DNA of 63,722 nucleotides, filler included, from Conidiobolus incongruus B7586 (Eukaryota): NCBI GenBank assembly GCA_000697335.1. It is 29 parts of 29 records of this genome, joined end to end, with 100 filler letters (N's around TTAATTAATTAA, not from the genome) between each part and the next. Parts side by side here need not be neighbours in the genome. Positions count along the whole stretch, not along the records: positions 49,914 to 55,865 come from JNEM01000564.1; positions 55,966 to 61,895 come from JNEM01000565.1; positions 61,996 to 63,722 come from JNEM01000603.1; 26 more parts are not named here. One strand, 5' to 3'. Shown piece by piece: positions 54,020 to 63,722 of this stretch (position 1 is its first letter; each line of letters starts with the position of its first letter). The notes under the pieces were generated by a model. It saw only the letters and a program-made list of their open reading frames with translations, ran no database searches and was not told where the DNA came from. The position numbers and the translations under genes were made by a program.

Positions 54020-56179
54020 AGCTTTGTAAAATCAGTTAATCTCAATTTCCCATTTTCAATTAAGTTGAGCAAAATATGCTCCAATTAACATCAGCCTTCA
54101 ATTGCCAATTTTTCTATACGATTTCTATTTTGGTAAAATGAGGGATTTTCTCTATCGATTTGATAAGATTCTATAATGGAGCCAAAAGAACCAATAGCAT
54201 TAAATGCGCTTTCAAACTAAGAATTTTAGGGGCTTTAAAAATAAAAAATATAACCATAATACCAATTATTAAATATTTATTGCTGATACTATAAAAATGA
54301 TACTTGTTGTTTTACTTTAAATTATAAATAATAATAATACCAATATCATTTTATTTAATTTTAACTTAAGATTTTGTTATTGGAAAAGTTAAATTGTGGA
54401 AATGTTAAATGGATGAATGAGAGTAGAAAGATTATAACATAATGTGATTGGTCATTTAGTTAAGAAAATATTGATTGGATACATTGGTAATCTCCATATT
54501 TAAATGTATAAGGTGAAATCATTACCAATAATAAAAGGTTAATTTTGAAATAAATATATATACTAAAGATAGTTAAGTTTAATATAGTTGCTATCAACTG
54601 AGAAATTTACCTCTTTGTTGTTTGCAGAAGTAATGAAAACTACAAATTAAAGGTCAAAACAATGAACTGTTAAAAGATAGAATTTAATATAACAATAACA
54701 ACATTATAATAAAAGATGTTAAATATTACTAGTTATCCATCATTAATTACTATATAGTCTATTAATATTGATGATTACATTATTCAGTAATTTTTCTATC
54801 ATTTGATTTAATAATGGCTAAATAACTACACAACCAAACGATATAATGTATTACCCTTATAATACTCATCTAATGACAGATCATACGATGTGAATAAATA
54901 CAAAGTCAATATAACTAAAAATATCAATACCAATAATTAAATTATATTGCCAATTGTAAACTTATAATCAGCTAGTAATTTGAATTAAATTACATATAAT
55001 ATGAACTAATTATTTTGAATATGATTCAATATATTGTGTATGAAAAAAAATTAAAATTCTGTAATTAATATTAATATTTCCAAAAATGCTGAAAAATAAT
55101 AATAGGGTTAAAGTCAATAATTATGAGATAAAAAATTATAAATTTTAAATAAATCAAACATTTTATTAGTTAAACTAATAAATCAATATAAATATATTAT
55201 GAAGAATATTTTACATACTAAATAAAAATATTAATATTTTTAATACAAAATTTGAATCAATTATCTATATTTTAATTTTAATTAAAGAATAAAATCAAGG
55301 TTGTACATCTGTATTTTACATGATCAATCTAAAATATCTTTTACAAGATATTGGGAATATAGTAACTAAAATATTTCAAAACTCTTATCATTTTAATTAA
55401 ATATATCGAAACTGATAACTTATAGTATCTAGAAAAACCAGTAAATGTATGGAATAAATAACTCTATATAATCAATATTGGAAAAAATATATTAAAAAAT
55501 AATTCCAGTATTAACTATTTTGTTCATATTTTAGTATTTATTAATATTAAATATGGAAATATGGAAACAATGTTATTTTGGTAGAAATATTCATAAAATT
55601 CTTCTAGTTGATTATATTTGTATATATTTGAATGGCATTAAATTTTCATTTAGAAGTCTATTTTACTATGGACAATATCAATAGTTATAAATAATTAAAA
55701 TATATTTTCAACATATAACTAATTTTCAAAATAAACTTTAATAGGTAGATTAATTTTAGATAGAAATTTATAAAATTATAGTAAAATTCAAATTTTTGAT
55801 TATATTACCTTAAAATTAAAATATTATAAAAATTTTTTAATTTTTATTTTTTAAATATATTGTTANNNNNNNNNNNNNNNNNNNNNNNNNNNNNNNNNNN
55901 NNNNNNNNNTTAATTAATTAANNNNNNNNNNNNNNNNNNNNNNNNNNNNNNNNNNNNNNNNNNNNAAAAAAAAAGTTATTTTTAATAATTTAATATATAA
56001 TTTATATATAGTTAAAGTCATCTTATAAATATAAATTAATTAATTAATTTAAAGTTAAATTAACTATATATCTCTATATATAAAGACTTTAAGAATAATT
56101 TTATAAAAATTATTTAAATTTTTCAAGTTTTTGTTAGAATATTAAATATTAATCATTTTTATATATATTGAATTTCTTT

Positions 56180-56560
56180 TAAAATAAGATTTATATTATA
56201 TAATATAATATTCATTATATTATTTAGATAATTTTATAATTAAAATAAAAAGATATTCTTTAATATAATTTTTTATTTTATAAATAATCAAAAAATTATT
56301 AATAAAAAAAGAATAATCTTTTAATTTTAATAAATTTTAAATATAATCTTATTTAATGTTAAAATGCCTAATTTAGAAATATAAGGTAGTTTTTTATAAT
56401 ATATTATTCAAAATAATTGTTTATAAGTTTGCAATGATTTCAAAGGGTTTATGGTTAAATTTTAGAAATATTATAATTAAAGCTTTTGATAGTCACTATC
56501 TATAAGAAAGATTAAATTTAAATTAATTATTAAAAATTTATTAATCAAAAATCAAAATAT
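56180..56560 (-). mobile_element. mariner remnant
   Basis: GTTTATAAGTTTGCAATGATTTCAAAGGGTTTATGGTTAAATTTT matches the mariner 5' region at 14360-14405 and 48333-48380. Confidence 0.6.
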
Positions 56561-56896
56561 TTTAGCGTTTCTTTTCTTTAACTTAATACTTAAATGATAA
56601 AATATATAATTTTATAAATTATTTTTATAATAAACATTTAAATTTTAATTTATTATGAAATACTGAATAAATTAATTATTTCACTAACTCTTAGTAATAT
56701 TGAAATTATAATAAACTTAATTATATTATAAAATTTTTCAACTCTGATTTTATAACTAATTAATATTTTTTATCTTTATTAATATATATTAGGAATATAT
56801 CATGGATTCAATGTCATATAATTTCTAAAAATTATCTGAAACTGAAATATTAAACATTGAATTGAAACAAATCCTTTTTACTATCATCATAGTTAA

Positions 56897-57334
56897 ATGT
56901 TTATTAAATTATTAAGTTATATCCTTGTTGCTTCTAATGGAGTTTTTGGCCAAAGAACTGAAATAAAACTAGACAATGGTCGGATTGAAGTAGTTCAAGG
57001 AGAGGGTTTTGGCTGCTACCGTGTTCAAGGAAAAGGAATAGAATTTGAGATCCACTCGCAGTTGAAGCGAAACTTTATAACAACTTTAAATGTGTGGGCT
57101 AGTGGGATCTCAAAGCGCGGGAGTATTGACAATTTCAGAAGGGGAGTCGAAATCAATTCCGTTGAGCTTTATCTTCGCTGTATCAAATCAAGCTATGATT
57201 CATTAGCTGCTTCTCTAGATAGAGACATTTGCACTGAACGTGATAATCCATATAATTTCTATTCAATCCTTGATTATTATTACTGGGATTCTAATAGAGT
57301 TTATCCTGAGAGTCCCCACCTTGAATCCTATTAG
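56897..57334 (+). pseudogene. Small secreted protein paralog 1 with compensating frameshifts (probable pseudogene or neo-ORF)
   Basis: Signal peptide and N-terminus align with the 58782/60421 proteins. The conserved core VEAKLYNNFKCVG*WDLKAR is in the -1 frame at 57061-57120 and contains TAG (57100-57102); the frame is restored at ~57122. Confidence 0.65.
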
Positions 57335-58781
57335 GTGGCGACTTAGAGGAATGGAATACTTGTTATTAATATTTTATTCTCTCAGAATTTCTAAGCTCAT
57401 ACTATCAAACCCCATTTTTTCTCCAATTTGACATTATTTTCTTTCAATACTGCACTTAACTGAAGTCACCTTGGAAATTGCTTTTATCTTGACATTATTT
57501 TTAGTTGATTCATTTCTATAATGTTCAAAATTCTTTGTCGTTATTAATAATGACAATTTAATTATTTTGAATTTCAAGTTTTATATTTAGAAATTGATAA
57601 ATTACATTGAACCTTATCAAAATTAGATTAAGTGTTATTAATTCTTAATTATGTTCTATAAAGTATAATTATTAGGATTCTAACCATACCTTTAGTATAG
57701 TCTTATAATAATTATTTTAACCTTATATCTTGAGGAAAATAAACCAACTTTCGGTTATTACAATATATAATATCAAATAACTTTATTGCCATTAATTTTG
57801 AATCATATTAATTTTGTAAAATCATTAATACAAAATAAATCACAAATTTTTATCCCTTTTTTATTACTTGAATTCATTCAAAGTATAATACCGAATACAT
57901 TTAAATTTAGCAATAACAAAATTTAGGAATAAAAAGTGGTTAAAAAATATTAATCAAGTCAAATAAACAAAATTCGCCCCGCTAATGAACAAACTTAGTT
58001 TAAGCCATCAAAACTTGATAAAAACATTATAAATTCAATATTTCAAATTTAAGTACCAAAATTAGAAAATAATTGGGTTATTAATATTGATCCAGTTTTC
58101 AATTAGAATTAGTTGAATTTATTATATTTTGTTCTATTAAAAATAACAACCAAACATATAACTTATACAAATATCTCAGTATATAATTTAAAGCTAATCT
58201 TAATTTATTAATGGTATATAATATGTGTTATTAATACATATACTATATTAATTAATTTCTAGTATTAAAATATTGAATATAAAATTTATATAAAATAGGA
58301 AATGGAAAAAATGAATTTAATAGTTTAATTCATTGATAAGGTAATTTTTCAAGTTGAAACCAAATTAGTAATTTGAATAATAATTTAAGTACACAAATAA
58401 TTTTTTTAAAAAAATATTACAATTTAATCTACTAATATCACACTAAATCTAATTACAAAGAATGCCTATATCATTTTTCTAATTAAAGTTTATAAATTAA
58501 GAGATATTGAATGATAAATAAAAATTGATAATTTGCAACGCAATATATTTAATTTGTGATTTTAATTATATTATATACATATATAAATCTTTAATTTATT
58601 TCCAATTTGATTATTAATATGTATTTGATTTAATTATTCAAAATAAAAATGTGGCAAATTCAGTATTTAATTGAATTTTAAATTGAGCCAAATTTATAAA
58701 ATTCAGAGTATAAATTGTGAAAAGAACTTGAGTAAAAGAATTAAAGTATATCATCTTTTAAATTATTATCAATTTCTGATA

Positions 58782-59132
58782 ATGAAGTTATTAACTTGTA
58801 TCATTATTGCTTATAGCGGTGTTCTTGCCCAGAGAGCTGAAATAAAATTAACTAATGGTGGAAGGCAGATCCTTGATAGGAATGGCTATGCCTGCTATCA
58901 TGTTTCTGGAAAAGCTTATGGAGTGAGAGTGTCTTCCGGTGATGAAGTTCAATTCTTTAGAAGTAATAACTGTAGAAATCGCCCCCACTTCTGGGCATGG
59001 GGCACTGTCGATTTCGATCAAGATGTAGAATATAGTTCCATTAGGCTTACTCGCCGTTCTAGATCTAGATCTGAATCCAGATCATTGGTTTCCTCTGAAG
59101 ATGATGAAGGAGGTTTTGGAGACAGTGAATAA
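58782..59132 (+). CDS. Small secreted protein paralog 2 (116 aa), beta/gamma-crystallin/killer-toxin-like
   Basis: True start MKLLTCIIIAYSGVLAQ (signal peptide) at 58782, by homology with 60421; CYHV, VQFFRSNNC, AWGTVDF, YSSIRL; basic-then-acidic tail. Confidence 0.85.
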   Translation: MKLLTCIIIAYSGVLAQRAEIKLTNGGRQILDRNGYACYHVSGKAYGVRVSSGDEVQFFRSNNCRNRPHFWAWGTVDFDQDVEYSSIRLTRRSRSRSESRSLVSSEDDEGGFGDSE

Positions 59133-60420
59133 AGCTTTCTTCTCGACGATCAAAATATAGATCCTTCAGGATTTAATCTAAAACTTTCTCATCTCAGATC
59201 TATTATTTTGTTTTTGTTTCAAACCATAATAATAAATTAAATTATTAAATCTATATTCTTAACTTGCTAAAATTGTGGTAATTTTCTCTAACTTCCATTG
59301 AATTGTAATTAAAATTTCTAGTAGCACACCTTGTTAATGATGCCCTATTAAAGAATTTTTGGCTCTCTGGAATTTATTTCAATTGATTCATATTTATTAT
59401 AATAATTAATCTCCAATTTTCAATACAGAGTTATCAATATGTTTTTAAAATTCATTTTATGTTGAATAGTAGTTATATCAATACAATTATTGTTATATAG
59501 CGCAGCATATCTTGATATGTACTATACCAAGATCCTACATAAAGCACGATTAAATTTCAATTTATTTGCCAAAAATACTTCATCATTATTATAACTGAAA
59601 ATATACTTTATTAAAATTCCTTTCGTCTAATTATTCACCCTAATTTCTACATTTTTAAGTTTTAATTTAAATATAGTTTTTTTTAAAATTAATACCATTT
59701 TTAAATTTTAATATTTGAAAGGTATTAATTAATGATGATGTATTATTAATGAATTTAATTTAAATATTTCAGTTTAATTTGAGATATTAATTTTAAGAAA
59801 TTTGATTTTTATTAATTCAAAAATATATATATATTAAGTAAATAATAAAATTTTAAATAATAAATCAATATAAAAAATTATCAATTATATTATAAATTTA
59901 TAAATATTGAATTATTATTTCTTATTTAATATATATTTAGAAAACTTTATAAACAGTTAACATAATTATTATTAATTTAAAAGAATAAATTTGAATATAG
60001 TTTAAAAAGAATAGCTTTATAATTAATTTTTATTATTTAATGTTTAAATATACAATATACTATATATAAATTTAAATTAATTTTACTATTTATTATTAAA
60101 TAAAAATCTAAAAAAGCCTAGAATATTATTGCAATTTTATTTGACATATAAAATATATTTTATAAATAAACTTTACATATTAACATATAAAATGCTTAGA
60201 ATTTGTAATATTCATATTTTTAGCACTATTTTTTCTTAGCATTAAAAAATAAATAATCTTTTTTTGGAATTTTATATGATCAAATTTTTTAAAAATAGTA
60301 ATCGCATAATTTTAATGCAAATACTGCGATTTTTTAATTTAGTTCAAATTGCTAATATAAATTAACTCAGATTAATTGTGATAATTTTCAAATTGCATAT
60401 TTACTATAATATTTTCAATA

Positions 60421-60768
60421 ATGAAGTTGTTAGCTTGTATCCTTGTTGTTGCTAGTGGCGTCCTCGGACAAAGCGCCGAAATAAGATTAACTAATGGTCG
60501 CACTCAAACTGTTGGAGGAAATGGTTACACTTGCTATCCTGTCTCGGGGGAAGCTAAAGGAATCAGAGCTCTTCGTGATGTTGAAGTTCAATTCTTTAAG
60601 AATCGTGGTTGTCCAGGCCACTGGGACCTCCGCGCTTGGGGTACTGTTAACTTCAAGGAACCCTTTAGATACAATTCTATTAAGCTTGCTCCTAGAGATA
60701 GTAAACCAAGATCTAATTCCTTCGCTAGTGTTGACGAAGCTAATGGTTCGGAAATTTACAGTGTATAA
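60421..60768 (+). CDS. Small secreted protein paralog 3 (115 aa), beta/gamma-crystallin/killer-toxin-like
   Basis: Signal peptide MKLLACILVVASGVLG; CYPV, VQFFKNRGCPG, WDLRAWGTVNF, YNSIKL; GC-rich coding island; AATAAA downstream. Confidence 0.88.
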   Translation: MKLLACILVVASGVLGQSAEIRLTNGRTQTVGGNGYTCYPVSGEAKGIRALRDVEVQFFKNRGCPGHWDLRAWGTVNFKEPFRYNSIKLAPRDSKPRSNSFASVDEANGSEIYSV

Positions 60769-63264
60769 AATTAAGTAATTTTAAATAAATATTTATAAAT
60801 CGTTACAGGCAAAAATATAAGCATGTATTCTATGAATAATATTATTATAATTAATCTTTATTTTAATCATATTTATTAATTTAATCTTAATTATAATTTT
60901 TATTTAATAATAACAAGTATTTCAAAAGATTCCTCACTAATTTCAGACTAATTACTTATAATTTATCCTATCAATCATATCTTTAAAAAATTTCTTTGAA
61001 CTTATAATATATAGTTGATTGAATTATTTTATCATTATTAATAGTTTTTAATTTTAATATTTTTAAAATTTTAATTAAATACAATATTATTACCCTGTAC
61101 TTATGAGTGACAACAACTTAATTTTGTAGATCGAATTTAATCACTTGCAATTCTAAAAAGCACTACAATTCTGACTATATATTTATTTAAAAATCTTATT
61201 TGTGATATAATTATGAGACCTAATTCCAAATTATTATTAGTTAACTCAGATTTAAATTATTTGATATAAACAATTATATCAAAGTTTCAAATTAAAAAAT
61301 CTCTATATTATAAAATATCAATAATATTTTAATCTTTATTTCTATTATCCTCATGTATTATTATAAATTCAAGAATTAGAAAATAAGATTCAATAATTTA
61401 AACTGAATTATTAAAGCTCAAATTAAATAATAAAATTTATATTAAAAATAAATTGAATTATGACTTAATTCAAATATAATATTAAATATACATATTAAGT
61501 AGTATAGCATTTTTGGATGATCAAACTTTAATTTTGAATATAAAAAATTAAGTTTTATCACAAAGAAAAGAGAATAAAAGCTAAATATAATCATTTGAGT
61601 TAAAAATATATTAAATCAAATTTGGTTGAAAATTTATTTAAAATTATCAAATATTATCAATATCTTATTATTTATAATATAAAAATAAGTTGGGATGAAA
61701 ATTGACAAATATAAATAATAACATACTTAATAAAATATTATTTTTTTTATTAATTTATTTTAAGAAAATAATTTTTAAAAAATTTTATTTTTTTTAAATT
61801 TTATTTATATTTTTCAAATTTTACAAGTATTATATTAACTTATTTACTCTGAATATTTTATAATTATATATATTTAATAAATAGAAATATATTTTNNNNN
61901 NNNNNNNNNNNNNNNNNNNNNNNNNNNNNNNNNNNNNNNTTAATTAATTAANNNNNNNNNNNNNNNNNNNNNNNNNNNNNNNNNNNNNNNNNNNNATGTA
62001 TATATATATTTGATAGGTTTAATAAGTTCAAATAGTTTTAATGACAATATATTGATTTATTAAATCAATATAATCAACATTATAAGTATTATATTTAAGA
62101 AATAAAACTTTAAAAAATTTGATCGAAATACTTTTGAAATATTTATTAATATAATTGAATAAATTTATTATATATAGTATTTATTAAAATACTAAAACAT
62201 TTATAAATCAATTCATTTAATAAGGGTTATTTATTCATAATAATTATTTGGTAAAAAGAATAGTAAATAATTCTTAAACTAGATAATTAATCAATATTTT
62301 TAAATTAGTTGATTTAGAAAGACTACAAATTTCTCTTGAGTTTCATATAAGGGTTTTATAACCTTTTGTTCTAAAGAAAATTATATTACAAGACGAATTA
62401 ATATATTTTCCATTAACTAATTATGCTTTTTTATAATTTTTGATTTTATATCTATTATTGAGTGATTAAAATCGAATTAAATAGTTATCATACTCAAAAT
62501 AATTAAGTTCTTTGATGGTTTGAGAAATTTCGTTCTATGAATGATAAACAAATATGAAAAAAAAATTATATTCAGATATTCTAAATATATCATAAATTTT
62601 TGATCAAAGTATAATCAAACACCTCAATTTTATTCTTTATCATATTAAGATTTATACTTTAATTTTATTCCAAATTTTATAAAACATATTTCAATAAAAA
62701 GAATTCAATGTAACACTATTTATCTATAATAAATTTATATTTTAAAATTATCAATAAAATATATTCAATTGGTAATATATATTTAAAAAATGGATTCCAA
62801 TTGGAATTATGTCATATATCATATGGAATGGTAAATATATAGTTTTAAATTGAATCTTTTAATTAGAATACATATTTTTTAAAAGTTAAAAGAAATAACA
62901 TTAGCCAGAGTTATAGGTATTAACATGATATAGCTCTATGGATTTAAATAAATTGTTGCGCAAAGTCTTACAAATTTAAAGAAGTTTGTATTAGTAAGTA
63001 TTTTAAAATGATTAATGATATTACATTGTATTGCCAAATAAGTGTTTATGATAAATTGACTTTAATAAGTATAAATAATTTAATTAATGATAAAGGATTT
63101 TTAAGTTTAAATTATAAAAGAATTTAAGTAGAATAGAATAAAAATGAGCAAATAATAATAATAATACTAATAATAATGAAAAACTAGAAATATAGAATTT
63201 GGTTTGAAGAAAATTTTTAATAGAAATTATTATATTAATTAAAATTTTATTTGAATAAGTATAA

Positions 63265-63576
63265 TTAAACACAAGGGCATTTAATAGATTGGATATCCCA
63301 TCCAGGGTTACGATAACCATCAGAGTCAATAGGTTTAGAATCGCCAGAGCATCCAGTGCTACGGTAGATTCTGCAGAGATATCCACCATTGGATTTGGCA
63401 GATTTCCAAGAGCCAACAATGTTGACACAAGTATCGCCAGAAGTAATAACCTTGCTTTGACCCTTCAATCCAGTATTACGGTAAATGGTGAGGGAACCAG
63501 CAGAGTTCCAAGGAGCACACCAAGCGGAAACGAGAGCAGCATTAGCAATGAGAATGGCAGTAGTGAAGATTTGCAT
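63265..63576 (-). CDS. Cys-rich small secreted protein (103 aa), beta/gamma-crystallin-fold
   Basis: Signal peptide MQIFTTAILIANAALVSA; 6 Cys; two internal repeats TIYRNTGLKG...KSAK and RIYRSTGCSG...QSIK matching the YxxxxOxG...S Greek-key signature. Confidence 0.88.
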   Translation of the reverse strand: MQIFTTAILIANAALVSAWCAPWNSAGSLTIYRNTGLKGQSKVITSGDTCVNIVGSWKSAKSNGGYLCRIYRSTGCSGDSKPIDSDGYRNPGWDIQSIKCPCV

Positions 63577-63722
63577 GATGATTATTTCAGTATTATTTAA
63601 TTAATGATTAGATAATTTGATATATTATTGCCAAAGTGCTTATATATTATACAATGATATCTATATCTTTTTGATCAATATTTTTAATCTGTTTAAATTT
63701 AGCCGATTTGGATCTTATTAAC

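Noticed and set aside
57240..57431. 63-aa overlapping ORF, and 60494..60778 94-aa ORF
   Set aside because: Out-of-frame overlaps of the secreted-protein genes with no family motifs.
58671..58781. 37-aa N-terminal extension of paralog 2
   Set aside because: TTG start in AT-rich leader; paralogs begin at the MKLL signal peptide.
63084..63600. ORFs 63084..63428 (-) and 63289..63600 (+)
   Set aside because: Alternative-frame and antisense shadows of the 103-aa secreted protein; the low-complexity tail runs through the AT-rich 3' flank.
36774..63722. tRNA/rRNA/ncRNA genes
   Set aside because: No cloverleaf, box A/B or rRNA-like segment recognised by eye; tRNAscan-SE/Infernal would be needed to exclude them.

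Overview
Very AT-rich eukaryotic DNA, most likely fungal. An early-diverging (Conidiobolus-like/zygomycete) lineage is inferred from 55-62 nt GT-AG introns, the HSF sequence style and the small-secreted-protein family; this is not proven. The window is not contiguous: 29 contigs are joined by 28 identical 100-nt linkers (44 N + TTAATTAATTAA + 44 N). The first ~36.7 kb is a pile of 1-2.5 kb contigs. Across the window I find ~14 copies of a Tc1-like (DD34E) element with IR/DR-type ends, ~12 copies of a mariner-like (DD34D) element in two TIR subfamilies, and two chromodomain-bearing Ty3/Gypsy integrase fragments. All are destroyed by dense C>T/G>A transitions with almost no indels, a RIP-like signature, and several are nested in one another. 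The gene-bearing part (36.8-63.7 kb) holds a 3-exon ETR-like MDR oxidoreductase, an intronless HSF-domain transcription factor, and probable F-box/LRR relics. It also holds three tandem paralogous small secreted proteins, one carrying compensating frameshifts, and a fourth Cys-rich secreted protein; all four show beta/gamma-crystallin/killer-toxin-like motifs. The most interesting signals are the RIP-like repeat mutagenesis in what appears to be a non-Dikarya fungus and the crystallin-fold secreted effector/toxin cluster.
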